The position numbers and the translations under genes are program-made. Source: Nitrospinota bacterium (GTDB lineage Bacteria; Nitrospinota; Nitrospinia; Nitrospinales; VA-1). Taken from it: 64,000 nucleotides of DNA. The notes beneath the pieces were generated by a model. That model saw nothing but the letters and a program-made list of their open reading frames with translations. It was not told the origin of the DNA and did no database searches. Positions 20,043 through 30,895 of the stretch are shown here, piece after piece; the stretch's first letter is position 1; every line of letters begins with the position of its first letter. The stretch is from NCBI GenBank assembly GCA_038108555.1, contig JAYNIA010000001.1, positions 70,427-134,426 of the forward strand, given 5' to 3'.

Positions 20043-20642
20043 ATGCATCTCACCAAACGCCAGCGGGAAATTTATGAGTATCTCAGGGACCATATTCGCA
20101 GCCGGGGTTATGCCCCCAGCATCGCTGAGATCGGCAAACAGTTTCAACTCAGTTCTCCGGCTACGGTGCACAAACACCTTTCGCATCTGGAAGATAAAGG
20201 ACTGATTCGCAAACAGCAGAACCTGAGCCGGGCGATCGAGGTGGTACCCGAATCGGGCAATGCCATGTCGTATCCCGTGCTGGGAGAAATTGCAGCCGGC
20301 AAACCCATAGAAGCACTCGACCAACGCGAAGTGGTCGACCTGCTGCCCGATGGTGGAGACAAGGACGTTTTTGTTCTGCGCGTCAAAGGCAATTCGATGA
20401 TTGAAGACCATATTCAAAGCGGAGATTATGTGATCGTCGAAAGGCGTAACGTTGCTGAAAACGGCGAAACGGTGGTGGCCCTGATCGATAACGAGCGGGT
20501 CACTTTAAAACGGTTTTACCGTGAAAACGGCAGGGTACGATTGCAACCCGCGCACCCGGATATGAAACCCATCTATGTACGCGAAGGCGACTTCGCCATC
20601 CAGGGAGTGGTCATCAGTGTTTTGCGTAAGTTTAGCCGTTAG
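20043..20642 (+). CDS. lexA: SOS repressor LexA
   Basis: LTKRQREI wHTH, GEIAAG cleavage site, VKGNSM (catalytic Ser), VTLKR (catalytic Lys); AAGGAG RBS. Confidence 0.95.
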   Translation: MHLTKRQREIYEYLRDHIRSRGYAPSIAEIGKQFQLSSPATVHKHLSHLEDKGLIRKQQNLSRAIEVVPESGNAMSYPVLGEIAAGKPIEALDQREVVDLLPDGGDKDVFVLRVKGNSMIEDHIQSGDYVIVERRNVAENGETVVALIDNERVTLKRFYRENGRVRLQPAHPDMKPIYVREGDFAIQGVVISVLRKFSR

Positions 20643-20679
20643 CAACAAATTAAAACTCTGTTAAAGGGTCAAACAAGTT

Positions 20680-21870
20680 TTGAGCGCAAGAAAAAATCAG
20701 GACCTATTACTCATGGAGGTACTCCATATTGATATGGATGCATTTTTTGTATCTGTTGAAGAAGTACTCGATCCATCCTTAAAAGGCAAACCTGTGATCG
20801 TGGGCGGCAATCCTGAGGGGAGAGGCGTATGTGCTGCGGCATCTTATGCCGCGAGGAAGTATGGCATTCATTCCGCCATGCCGGTTGCAAAAGCGAAACG
20901 TCTCTGCCCACACGCTATTTTTTTGCGCGGCTCGCACCGACTCTATAGCGAGTATTCGGCCAAGGTGTTCGAAATTCTAAGGAGTTATTCTCCGTTGGTG
21001 GAACCCATGTCACTCGATGAAGCCTTTGTCGATTTAACCGGCTGTGGAAGGTTGCATGGCCCTGTCCTCAAAACCGCCGAAACCATCCGTAATGAAATCA
21101 AAAATACACTTGGGCTCAATGCCTCCATCGGTATTGCAACAAACAAGTTGATGGCAAAAATCGCTTCTGCCTATTGCAAACCGAATGGCATGCTGTGGAT
21201 AGCCCCGGGTAGCGAGCAACGGTTTCTGGCACCTCTTCCTGTTAAACGCATCCCGGGAATCGGTCCCAAAGGCAATGCCCAGTTAAACCGCATGGGTGTC
21301 CATACCGTTGCTGATCTCGCACGCATGCCTCTGGAAATACTTGAAGAGATTTATGGAAAATGGGGTGCATCGCTTTATCGCAAAGCCAGGGGAATCAGCA
21401 CCAGTCCCGTTATTGCAGAAACCGAAGATCCCCGTTCCATCAGCCGGGAAACAACTCTTGATGAAGACTCCATTAACCCCTTGTTTCTCGAATCCACACT
21501 CAGTTATCTGACAGAAAAATGTGCAGCACAACTGCGCGACAACAGATTGTTTGCCAGAACCGTAACGTTAAAGCTAAGATACTCGGACTTTAAAACAATG
21601 ACCCGATCACAAACTCTGGATTGGCCAACGGCAGCAGACCATACGCTTTTTAAAACTGCTGCAAAATTATTCCGCAAAACTTTTAACCGGAAGACACGGG
21701 TACGCCTGATAGGAATTTCTTTTTCTTCGCTGACGACGCATCCCTATCGGCAGGAAGATTTGTTTGACCTCAAAGACAGCGATCGTTGGGACGGGCTTTA
21801 TCATGGGATCGACCGAATCCGGAAAAAATACGGTTTCCGCTCCATCTTGCGTGGAACGAGCCGCCACTAA
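20680..21870 (+). CDS. dinB: DNA polymerase IV (Y family); true start may be ATG 20713
   Basis: HIDMDAFFVSVE, ASYAARKYGIHSAMP, SLDEAFVD. Confidence 0.93.
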   Translation: MSARKNQDLLLMEVLHIDMDAFFVSVEEVLDPSLKGKPVIVGGNPEGRGVCAAASYAARKYGIHSAMPVAKAKRLCPHAIFLRGSHRLYSEYSAKVFEILRSYSPLVEPMSLDEAFVDLTGCGRLHGPVLKTAETIRNEIKNTLGLNASIGIATNKLMAKIASAYCKPNGMLWIAPGSEQRFLAPLPVKRIPGIGPKGNAQLNRMGVHTVADLARMPLEILEEIYGKWGASLYRKARGISTSPVIAETEDPRSISRETTLDEDSINPLFLESTLSYLTEKCAAQLRDNRLFARTVTLKLRYSDFKTMTRSQTLDWPTAADHTLFKTAAKLFRKTFNRKTRVRLIGISFSSLTTHPYRQEDLFDLKDSDRWDGLYHGIDRIRKKYGFRSILRGTSRH

Positions 21871-21883
21871 GTTAGAAACTAAT

Positions 21884-23017
21884 ATGAATCTTGAAAACAT
21901 AAGAAAAGAATTTCCTGTAACGAATGAAATCATTTTTTTCGATCACGCTAGAGTAGCTCCTTTACCCGAAAGAGTGCGAAAAGTAGTGACCGCATTTGTC
22001 GATGACGCAACTCGATTCGGCACAGCCCATTATGAAACCTGGATGCTGGAACTGGAGCGCACTCGAAAAAAATTCGCAAACCTTATCAATGCAAATATCG
22101 ACGAAGTTGCTTTTGTCAAAAACACTTCGGAAGGGATCTCCATCGTCGCCAATGGATTGGACTGGAAGCAGGGAGACAATGTCGTCATCCCCGACATAGA
22201 GTTTCCCGCAAACGTATATCCCTGGTGGAACCTGAAGCAAAAGGGAGTCGAAACACGAATGGTTAAATCCATCGAAGGAAGGGTGCTGTTCGATGACCTG
22301 GTAAAAAACATCGATGACCGGACGCGGATACTCTCTATCAGTTCGGTGGAATGCAATAGCGGATTCCGAAGTAACCTCAACCGTCTCGGAGCTTTTTGTA
22401 AGGAAAGAGGAATCTTGTTTTTTGTAGATGCCATCCAAAGTCTGGGCGTCCTCCCTATGGATGTAAAAAAAGACCATATCGATTTCCTTTCTGCAGATGG
22501 GCATAAGTGGATGCTAAGCGTTGAGGGATTAGGCGGATTTTATATTTCGCAAAACGTGGTGGATCAAATTCGACCTGTAACCATGGGATGGGGCAATGTC
22601 ATCAATGCAGAAAATTTTATGGATTATGACTTTACCTTAAAAAAAGATGCGAAAAAGTTTGAGGAGGGAAGTCCAAACACCATGAGCATTCACGCATTTG
22701 GTGCAGCCCTTGGGTTGTTACTGGAAGTTGGCATCGACAATATAGAAAAAAGGGTGATACGCCTGGGGGATTTTATTATTTCAGAGTTAAGCCGGCGAGA
22801 TATAAAAATTTACAGCTCCACGGAGTTAAACGAACGTTCCGGGAATATTTCCTTCACTTTGGAAAAGGATATCAGCCAACTCTATTTGTTCATGTTCAAC
22901 AACAATATCAAGCTAACAGTAAGAGATGGACTTGTCCGCTTATCGCCTCATTTTTACAACAACGAAGACGAAGTTCTAAAGGTTTTTGACCTGCTAGACA
23001 ATTTCTTGAAAAAATAG
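21884..23017 (+). CDS. PLP-dependent class V aminotransferase fold protein
   Basis: ATG at 21884 (MNLENIRKEFP); KNTSEG, VDAIQ, ADGHKW (PLP lysine), RLSPHFYN. Confidence 0.85.
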   Translation: MNLENIRKEFPVTNEIIFFDHARVAPLPERVRKVVTAFVDDATRFGTAHYETWMLELERTRKKFANLINANIDEVAFVKNTSEGISIVANGLDWKQGDNVVIPDIEFPANVYPWWNLKQKGVETRMVKSIEGRVLFDDLVKNIDDRTRILSISSVECNSGFRSNLNRLGAFCKERGILFFVDAIQSLGVLPMDVKKDHIDFLSADGHKWMLSVEGLGGFYISQNVVDQIRPVTMGWGNVINAENFMDYDFTLKKDAKKFEEGSPNTMSIHAFGAALGLLLEVGIDNIEKRVIRLGDFIISELSRRDIKIYSSTELNERSGNISFTLEKDISQLYLFMFNNNIKLTVRDGLVRLSPHFYNNEDEVLKVFDLLDNFLKK

Positions 23018-23033
23018 AAATAAAGAGGTGAGT

Positions 23034-24329
23034 TTAAGCTCCCGTATACCGGGTGACGAAATATTTCAATTTCTCTTTGGAATGAATACGTCGGGCAATT
23101 TTGATGGCATCTTCTTTTCTTGCAAACCGATCTATTTGAACACGATAAATATCCTTTTTATTTCGAGAAACAAAAGCGTGATAACCTTTCTTTTTTAAAG
23201 AACGCTCCAGCTTTTTGGCATAGGCTTCTGTTTTATACGCTCCCACCTGGATGGTATAGAAATCTTTTTTAGGCGCCGCCTTTCTTGCATTTGCAATCAC
23301 AGGGTTCGACCGGATCGCGGTCCGTTTCTTTTTGCTTTCGATGACAACCACCGGCTCTGTCACAGTAGCCCGCAGGGAATTCATAGGAATAGGCAGTGTA
23401 ATTTCTTTTTTAGGTGCCAGAGGATCCATTTCAGAATCTACACGTTTTATTTTTTGAACCGGTGCGAGTGTCGGCCTTTTACTTTCTTTAACTCTTTCCG
23501 ACCTGGCGGCTACTTCGACTGAGGCCTTCTTATTTTCTTCGGGATTAATTGAAACCTCTGTGGTTTCATATTCCCCATCCAAATCGAGAGCTTGTTGCCA
23601 TTCCGCTTTGAGCTGCTGGAGCTCTTCAATTTTTTTCAAGTCGTTGGTGGCATTTTTGGCGATTACCGGCTCCTCAAACTTTTCTTCCCGGTTGGCTTCT
23701 TTTGGATGCTTAATCAAAGCCGTCAACTTATCCACCATCTTTGAGGTCATTCGACTCAGATTAAATTTATTGGTTACGAATTGAATGGGAGCCAAAATGG
23801 CCGTTGTGATTCCCGTGGGGATTTTGCCAATTCCCGAAAAGTCCTGCTCGGTTTGCTCTGCACGCCAAAGAATTTCTCCACTTCGCGTATCTACCATTTG
23901 TACGGAAACACTCAATTCAATTGACGAATGTAAAATAAAATAGGATCGCTCCACTTTGTTGATGCGACTGAAAACAATGGCATCGACACCCAGGATTTCT
24001 CCAAATTGCATTGGATTGATGGTTAGAAAACTTGAAGGGTCCGTCAATTTGTTTTGCTTGAGCAAAGCATCAATCACATAGCGTTCCATTAAATTGAATT
24101 TGGACTGTTTTAAATTGGCATACAATCCCTGGCGAAACAAATGCGCCATTTCCTTTTGTCCCGGGTCACTTGTTTCAATAGGCAATATAGCTACCGTCTG
24201 ATTTTTCGAGAGGGTCATCAGGTTTCCTGCAACCTTCGTTTGTAAGTCGGTGGCACAGGCAGAAAGCGACAAGGCTAAAATACATACCACCCATCGTTGC
24301 AAGAAATTTTTGGGTCGATTGTTTCTCAT
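23034..24329 (-). CDS. Lipoprotein, DUF799/GNA1162-like domain plus C-terminal SPOR domain
   Basis: Lipobox LSAC; VAILP..LGVDAI..VDTRSGEILW; C-terminal YTIQVGAY..YRVQI. Confidence 0.75.
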   Translation of the reverse strand: MRNNRPKNFLQRWVVCILALSLSACATDLQTKVAGNLMTLSKNQTVAILPIETSDPGQKEMAHLFRQGLYANLKQSKFNLMERYVIDALLKQNKLTDPSSFLTINPMQFGEILGVDAIVFSRINKVERSYFILHSSIELSVSVQMVDTRSGEILWRAEQTEQDFSGIGKIPTGITTAILAPIQFVTNKFNLSRMTSKMVDKLTALIKHPKEANREEKFEEPVIAKNATNDLKKIEELQQLKAEWQQALDLDGEYETTEVSINPEENKKASVEVAARSERVKESKRPTLAPVQKIKRVDSEMDPLAPKKEITLPIPMNSLRATVTEPVVVIESKKKRTAIRSNPVIANARKAAPKKDFYTIQVGAYKTEAYAKKLERSLKKKGYHAFVSRNKKDIYRVQIDRFARKEDAIKIARRIHSKEKLKYFVTRYTGA

Positions 24330-24332
24330 AAA

Positions 24333-25358
24333 TCAGTTCGCTAATGAATTCTCTATTATTGCCATTCCGTTTTTGTAAAACCTTTTTCCTGCCAACCCCT
24401 GCTTGTTTTTCAAAGTTCCCACTATCAGCGCGCTCGAAATCTCGTCTGTTTCTTTGATCACATAACTTCCTGAATAATTTCCCGGGCTTATTTCTCTCAT
24501 TGGGATATTGGATTTCCAGCTTCCAATTCCAAAAGAACCTTTCAACCCCGGGTCCCCTATAAGGTTCACATAGATCCGGTCATTGGGTCTGAGATTATGG
24601 TTGGGTTTCAAATTGGTTTCTATACTCTTGATCTGGGGCAACCGAATCTCTCTTTCCCAAACCTCGGCAGGGTCAGGAATTTTCTTCATCATTCCTATCG
24701 AAAACATTTCGGCCGTTTTGTAAAGTGCCTGATGAACCTTTACGTTGTCCATCTGGTCCTGAATAATTTCAATTATGGTGGGTGAAAGAATTCCTGAATA
24801 GGAGCTTTCCTTATGCTCTGTTTCCCATAGAACTTCACCGGTCCTCAAATCAATCATCTCAAGCTTTGCTTTTATGGATGTCTCGGCGTGAATTCCTGCC
24901 GTCACATTGCTGGTATCAAGCACTTGCCCCCGAATTACCGCATCCACCCCGAGAATATCCCTCAATCTTTCAGGACTTAGATCAAGGACGTCATTGTATT
25001 TTTTCATTCCTGCTGCAAGTAACTTTTTATCAATGGTTTCCAGAGGTACATCCTGATAACCCAGGTAACTGAAATAGTTAAAGAAGCATTCTCGAAAAAG
25101 CTGATGGGCAGGGACACCTTCAGGTGTTGGGCCCGCAAGGGTGAATGGCAAAACAGCCACGGTGTTCGGATGGGTGTTGGGATGATCGAGCTTTTTACGG
25201 ACCTCTAAATTTACCGTACCGCAGCCCCCAAATACCAAGCTTGAAAAAACAAGAAAAATGAAAATTTTTCGCAGTGACAGGTTTTGTCTCACAGCGGTCA
25301 TTCCCCTGCATAAATTATTGATAAATTTGGAGTTTTCCAAAATTTGGGATGTTTTCAA
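24333..25358 (-). CDS. Lipoprotein, DUF799/GNA1162-like (start may be ATG 25301)
   Basis: Lipobox-like FGGC; TVAVLPF..LGVDAVIRG..IDLRTGEVLW, paralogous to the neighbour. Confidence 0.7.
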   Translation of the reverse strand: MKTSQILENSKFINNLCRGMTAVRQNLSLRKIFIFLVFSSLVFGGCGTVNLEVRKKLDHPNTHPNTVAVLPFTLAGPTPEGVPAHQLFRECFFNYFSYLGYQDVPLETIDKKLLAAGMKKYNDVLDLSPERLRDILGVDAVIRGQVLDTSNVTAGIHAETSIKAKLEMIDLRTGEVLWETEHKESSYSGILSPTIIEIIQDQMDNVKVHQALYKTAEMFSIGMMKKIPDPAEVWEREIRLPQIKSIETNLKPNHNLRPNDRIYVNLIGDPGLKGSFGIGSWKSNIPMREISPGNYSGSYVIKETDEISSALIVGTLKNKQGLAGKRFYKNGMAIIENSLAN

Positions 25359-25703
25359 TATATGAAATCATTCCAAATTTGTCAATATTTTAATTAATTT
25401 GTTTAAATTTTTGCAGCGGGGCCCCTGAATAGAAAACATGATCCTGTTTTTCTTATCTTGTTTCTTATCGGAAAAAAAGAATCCGAGGATGAGGGGATAG
25501 ATTCTGTATCCGTCTTCAGGGGGACAAAGGACAGAGCACTCCTTAAAAATTGAAAACCTTTTAATTAAAATTAATTAAAATAGTTTATGGAATTCCCCCT
25601 CTTTTTTTCTTGGTAAAGAAACCCTTTCTCCCCCCCCATTCAGGGCGCTTGATTGCAAAGATCATATTTGATAAAGTTGCCAAGAGTTTGAGTCAATTTA
25701 ACT

Positions 25704-26345
25704 ATGAGGTTTTTAATGACCAGAAAATATCTTCACGTTACCCCTATTCTTTTCTTTTTTATTTTGAGTCTGGCAGGAAATGTTTTTGCTGGCTCCCAAA
25801 TTACCTCTGAATTAAAAGAAACCATCGATAAGGTTATCGAAATTGTCTCTGATCCGGCAATGAAGAAAAACCCCAAGTTAAGGAGAGAAAAACTACGGGA
25901 TACCATTGGTGTTCGATTTAATTATGATCAAATGGTCAGACGTTCCCTGGCCAAAAATTATAAAAATAGAACCGATGCAGAACGTGCAGAGTTCAAGGGG
26001 CTATTCAAAAAGCTTCTGGAAAATTCTTACGCCAGCAAAATTGAAAACTACCAAGACGAAACTATCAATTACGTTGACGAAAAAGTTAAAGGAAAATATG
26101 CACTTGTAAAAACCCAAATTGTCCGAAAAGACGGCACCATTGATGTTGATTACAAATTGATCAACGAAGGCGGAAAATGGACTGTTTATGACTTTGTTAT
26201 TGAAGAAGTTAGCCTGATTAGAAATTACCGCTCTCAATTCAGCAAAATCATAAAAACGGAATCTTACGGTGCTTTGGTGGCAAAATTGACCAAAAAAATT
26301 AAAGATCTCGAATCCAATCAAGATAAAGATTCCGAACATCTCTAA
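25704..26345 (+). CDS. MlaC/Ttg2D-family periplasmic lipid-binding protein
   Basis: Signal peptide; F..LL.NSY, VDYKL..WTVYDFVIEEVSLIRNYRSQF. Confidence 0.88.
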   Translation: MRFLMTRKYLHVTPILFFFILSLAGNVFAGSQITSELKETIDKVIEIVSDPAMKKNPKLRREKLRDTIGVRFNYDQMVRRSLAKNYKNRTDAERAEFKGLFKKLLENSYASKIENYQDETINYVDEKVKGKYALVKTQIVRKDGTIDVDYKLINEGGKWTVYDFVIEEVSLIRNYRSQFSKIIKTESYGALVAKLTKKIKDLESNQDKDSEHL

Positions 26346-26350
26346 ATGGT

Positions 26351-27370
26351 TTGGGCCGACCCCCTTTGATAAAAAGTTCCGCACCCACCCGTATTGATTT
26401 GGCCGGAGGTACGCTTGATATCTGGCCGCTTCATCTATTTTTTGATAACGCTCCCACCCTCAATGCAGCCATCAACCTGTATGCTACCGTTGAGTTGATT
26501 CCAAGAAAGGATAAGCGGGTTATTCTTCGTTCAATGGATTTGGGGTTAGAAGATTCCTTTTCCTTAAACGCCTTGCCTGAAAAACATCCTCTGGAATTAC
26601 TGATCCGCACGATAAATTTTTATAAGCTAAAGTCAGGACTCGAGATTAAGACTCATTGCCAAGCCCCGCCAGGTTCGGGTATTGGAGGATCTTCAGCACT
26701 GAATATTGCTTTACACGGAGCTTTAAATAAATACGTCGGGACCCGGTTTACCCGGGAAAAAATGATTGAAGCTGCCAAAAATATAGAAACCCAGGTGATT
26801 CGGGTTCCGGCAGGATGTCAGGATTATTATCCGGCAATGTATGGTGGAGTCCGGTCTGTCAATCCGGGCTATATGGGTGTAGACACAAAAACCCTCCCTA
26901 TAAAACCTAAAGAACTTACCAAACACATTATTCTTTGCTATACGGGTAAACCTCGAAGCTCGGGTATCAATAACTGGAAGGTCACAAAAAACGCATTGGA
27001 TGGGGACAAAAAAGTGATCCGGCATTTAAAAACGATTCGAGATTGCACAATCGAATTGTATCAACAATTAAAAAAAGGAAAACTTTCCGGCCTAGCCCCT
27101 ATATTCAAAAAAGAATGGACCGCACGAAAACAACTGGCTCCCACTATTTCCACTCCTCAAATGGAAAAACTAATTCAATCCGCTTTGAAAAAGGGAGCGC
27201 TGGGAGCCAAGGTTTGTGGCGCCGGTGGCGGCGGTTGTGTTGCATTCATAGTTCCTCCAGCAAAAAAACAACCCGTAATGGACGAACTAAGCCTTAAAGG
27301 TGGGAGAGTCCTACCCTTCCAATTTGTAACCCGCGGATTGGTGGTCCACTCCAACTCCAAAAAACGATAG
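26351..27370 (+). CDS. GHMP kinase, HddA-like sugar-phosphate kinase
   Basis: APTRIDLAGG, PPGSGIGGSS, GCQD, GAKVCGAGGGG. Confidence 0.85.
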   Translation: MGRPPLIKSSAPTRIDLAGGTLDIWPLHLFFDNAPTLNAAINLYATVELIPRKDKRVILRSMDLGLEDSFSLNALPEKHPLELLIRTINFYKLKSGLEIKTHCQAPPGSGIGGSSALNIALHGALNKYVGTRFTREKMIEAAKNIETQVIRVPAGCQDYYPAMYGGVRSVNPGYMGVDTKTLPIKPKELTKHIILCYTGKPRSSGINNWKVTKNALDGDKKVIRHLKTIRDCTIELYQQLKKGKLSGLAPIFKKEWTARKQLAPTISTPQMEKLIQSALKKGALGAKVCGAGGGGCVAFIVPPAKKQPVMDELSLKGGRVLPFQFVTRGLVVHSNSKKR

Positions 27371-27410
27371 TCTGAAAAAATTTAATTCCTATTTTGACTC
27401 GAAGGTATTG

Positions 27411-29933
27411 CTATGCTTTGCGAGAGGCCCTTGAAGGCAGGGGTTTGAAAACAATGATGAGAAGAGGAAGCAAAGTTAGAGCACCCAACAATGCAATTAC
27501 CATTGCTGCACCTGTCAACAAACCGAAATAGATTGTTGGCATAAATTCTGACAGGGAAAGAATAGAAAAACCAAGCGTGATGGTAACCGAAGTGTAGTAC
27601 ATCGCCTTTCCAATGCTTCCATGACAGCGGTCCATCGTTGCCAGATAATCCTCGTCTTCCTTAAATTCTGTCTGAAACCGGTGGATATAATGAATGGTAT
27701 CATCCACTGCAATACCCACCGTAATGGCGGCAATAGTAATGGTCATCATGTCGAGGGGAATCCCCATCCAGCCCATAATGCTTAACACCGTTCCCGCCGC
27801 CAACAGGTTTGGAATAATTCCTATCAAAGCAAGCGAAAAGCTTTTAAACAAAATCATGAACATGAACATGATTGCAAAAAAGACCACACCAATCGTAAGA
27901 ATTTGTGATCGATAGAGACTTTGCAGCATATTGTTATAAAGGACAACCATGCCGGTAAAATGGATGGTCTCTGGATCGAAATTCAGTTTTTCCACCAGGT
28001 GTTTCCTGATTTTTTCTATTAGATCCGAGCGCCGCAAATTCGGATCTGACTCGATCAATCTCATATTGATATGAATCTGGTTAGCATCCTTTGATAGGTA
28101 GGGATTTACCAGCGAGTCCTTTACATTTTCTGGCATTAACTTTCGAATAAGAACCAAATCATAATCATCCGGCTTTCTACCCTTGTCCAGTTGCGTAAAT
28201 ACTTTGATTAAAGTTGAAATGGATTGCACTTTCCCAACCTCGGGAAGGCTTTCCAAATAGTCGTGGATCTTTTCGACACGATCCAACATATTCGAATTGA
28301 ACCAATAATTCAGTTCAACATCATCCCCTTCATCTTCAAAAGGATCGTCAAAATCCTCCTCAAAATTTTCTTCCGGGTCCTTTTTGTTCTGCTCAGCTTC
28401 CTTTAGAAAATCAAAATATTTCTGATCCGGGTTCATCACAATATTCAAGGGCGTGGTTCCACCCAGTTGCCGATCAATCACTTCCATTCCTTTGTAAATT
28501 TCCGTATTACTTTTAAAATGGTCAATGAACCGGTTTTCCACCTCAAGCTTGGAAATACCAATCGCACTGATTACGGCAATCAAAAATGATCCCCAAAGAA
28601 TGGTTTTTTTAAAACGATTGGTAAATGATGCCACCGCCAGCGTGAAACCCTGAGTGTGATCCTTTCCCGAACCCGCTTGTTCCGGTTTCAACAGTGCCAG
28701 ACCGGCTGGAAAAAAAATAAAATTCAGAATAAATGCCAGAGAAATACCGAGAGTCATTATCCAACCAAAATCGATTACAGGCCGGATGCCACTTATTAAA
28801 AGAGAGGTAAATGCTACCACCGTGGTGATAGAGGTATAGAAACAGGGTTGAGCCATTAAACTTACTGTCTGCCTTACAAGCTGTTTTTGGTCTTGCCCGG
28901 GATTATTATCATTTAAATCCTGATACCTCACGATCAAATGGATGATCAGTGACATGGTGATGATCAATAGAATGGAAATAAAATTCGAGGAGATTACGGT
29001 CACTCTCCAATCCATCAGACCCAAAAATCCAATCATCACTACAACCGTAATAAGACAGGAGCCGATGGGAAGAAGCACCCAGTGCAACCTTTGAAAAAAA
29101 AGGCAAAGCATAAATATAAGGAAAGCTATGACCCCCAGACCAAATGTTCTCAGGTCGTGTTCGATGAACCCGATCATATCCGTAGTTATCATGGGGACTC
29201 CCCCCAAAAACATTTCCGCAGTATCGCGGTGGCGATCCATAATATCTCTTACGGATTGGATAACCTTATCTTCCCTGTCAATCACACTGGCGTGGTAATC
29301 CCGGAATTCTTTTTGAGCCTTGGCGAAAAGGGCCTCGTCTTCGGGAGAAGTGTTTTCTGATTTTATTTTTACTCGGAGGTCATTTCTTTTATAAAGCAAA
29401 TCGAAATACTTCTGATCCCGCTTGAAATTGACACGAAGAATCGTTGTTTTTCCATCCGCACTCAGCAGCAGATCCTTATAAATAGGACTTTCAAGAAATT
29501 CTTTTCGGGCCAGTTCCCGATCCACTCCCGGAGTTTCAAGAGTGCGGATATCCGTATTCAACTTGCTGATTTCAACTCTCGGACTATTCAGCAACGGAAC
29601 ATTTAATATGTTGTCTATGGAATGGATTCGGTCGAGTTGGGACAACTCATCGCTGAGTTCCTTCAGGTCCGCGAGCACTTCATCGGACATCAGATCTTTA
29701 TAAGGCGCATAGGTGATGACGAGAAAATCATCGGATCCGTAAATCTTGGCAATTTTCCGGTAGTATTCCAGCGCATCGTCATTTTCCAGAACCAGGGACT
29801 CAGCGGAGGCATCCAACTTGAATTTGGGGATATGGCAGGCAAAACCCACAACAACCAAAACCACAAAAATCAGGGCCCGTAAAGGTTTTTCAACCACCCA
29901 ATTGAAATATGCATCTACCAAAAATTTCTTCAA
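27411..29933 (-). CDS. MMPL/RND-family transporter
   Basis: Two repeats of a periplasmic loop plus TM bundle; GIAVDDTIH; TTG start. Confidence 0.88.
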   Translation of the reverse strand: MKKFLVDAYFNWVVEKPLRALIFVVLVVVGFACHIPKFKLDASAESLVLENDDALEYYRKIAKIYGSDDFLVITYAPYKDLMSDEVLADLKELSDELSQLDRIHSIDNILNVPLLNSPRVEISKLNTDIRTLETPGVDRELARKEFLESPIYKDLLLSADGKTTILRVNFKRDQKYFDLLYKRNDLRVKIKSENTSPEDEALFAKAQKEFRDYHASVIDREDKVIQSVRDIMDRHRDTAEMFLGGVPMITTDMIGFIEHDLRTFGLGVIAFLIFMLCLFFQRLHWVLLPIGSCLITVVVMIGFLGLMDWRVTVISSNFISILLIITMSLIIHLIVRYQDLNDNNPGQDQKQLVRQTVSLMAQPCFYTSITTVVAFTSLLISGIRPVIDFGWIMTLGISLAFILNFIFFPAGLALLKPEQAGSGKDHTQGFTLAVASFTNRFKKTILWGSFLIAVISAIGISKLEVENRFIDHFKSNTEIYKGMEVIDRQLGGTTPLNIVMNPDQKYFDFLKEAEQNKKDPEENFEEDFDDPFEDEGDDVELNYWFNSNMLDRVEKIHDYLESLPEVGKVQSISTLIKVFTQLDKGRKPDDYDLVLIRKLMPENVKDSLVNPYLSKDANQIHINMRLIESDPNLRRSDLIEKIRKHLVEKLNFDPETIHFTGMVVLYNNMLQSLYRSQILTIGVVFFAIMFMFMILFKSFSLALIGIIPNLLAAGTVLSIMGWMGIPLDMMTITIAAITVGIAVDDTIHYIHRFQTEFKEDEDYLATMDRCHGSIGKAMYYTSVTITLGFSILSLSEFMPTIYFGLLTGAAMVIALLGALTLLPLLIIVFKPLPSRASRKA

Positions 29934-30151
29934 GGAAGTCCTTATACTAGTTCGATTGGAAAACTGACAATAATTTTGATTAACGGCAACGGGCTAAATT
30001 TTAGTCCAGCGTTAGGCTGGTGGGCGGGGCTATTCTATACTTAACTGGACCTTGTGCCAATAGGTAAAATAAAGGTTTCTTGCGCTTGGGTTCCTTTAAA
30101 GGGCATACTACTAAAAGGCCATCCCACTAAATTAACTAAGTCGGCAATACT

Positions 30152-30895
30152 GTGAATTCCACCATAAAGTCTGCTCTCAAATACTTTTCAATTCTTGCCC
30201 TGGTTCTTGCAATGGGAATGTCGGTATGGCTTTTACCCAAACCGCAGGCACCCAAAAATGAAGAGGAGTCCATCACCCCACCTATTGATGCAAAGGATGC
30301 AGCGGGAAGATACATACAACTTGCATCTGAAAACTTTTTTTATCATGAATTTGAAAAGGCAATTGAAAATTACAAAAATGCCATTGCGGTATATGAAAAA
30401 GAGAAGAAGTTCAAAAAGGCTGCAAAAGTTTTTGAGTCTATCGGCGACCTGTATAAATTCCGAAGGAACCTGAAGCAATCTGAAGAACATTACAAATTGG
30501 CTATGGAAAACCATAGAAAAAATCAGGACTCTTTGGGAGAAGCAAGAGCCATGAATCTGGCGGGCGACTTGCATATGGAAAGGAAAAATTTCACTCGTGC
30601 AGGCAACTGGTATATCAAAGGATGGGAGTTGGTAAAAAATGACCCGCCACACCTTTTGAAAGCTTTGCTCCTGGAAAATATGGGGCATTATTTCTGGAAA
30701 ACAGAAAACATCTCGGAAGCCATTGAACAATTCACTCAGGCAAGAGACACCTTTTCTGCACTTAATAATCAAATGGGTTACGAGCATATGAGCGCCGTTC
30801 TTAACAAGCTGCGCACCGGTCAATCCCACGGCCACAGTATCCCCGAGGAGGGTCTTCGCTACCACAACTCCACTCCCCCAAAAAGATCTAACTAG
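30152..30895 (+). CDS. Membrane-anchored TPR protein
   Basis: N-terminal TM helix; repeated helical units (AIENYKNAI, EARAMNLAGDL, LLENMGHY). Confidence 0.75.
   Translation: MNSTIKSALKYFSILALVLAMGMSVWLLPKPQAPKNEEESITPPIDAKDAAGRYIQLASENFFYHEFEKAIENYKNAIAVYEKEKKFKKAAKVFESIGDLYKFRRNLKQSEEHYKLAMENHRKNQDSLGEARAMNLAGDLHMERKNFTRAGNWYIKGWELVKNDPPHLLKALLLENMGHYFWKTENISEAIEQFTQARDTFSALNNQMGYEHMSAVLNKLRTGQSHGHSIPEEGLRYHNSTPPKRSN

Noticed and set aside
21764..21883. N-terminal extension of the class V aminotransferase
   Set aside because: Overlaps dinB; family-like sequence begins at ATG 21884.
25465..25492. Possible sigma28 promoter (CCGATAA) on the minus strand
   Set aside because: The -35 element and spacing are poor.
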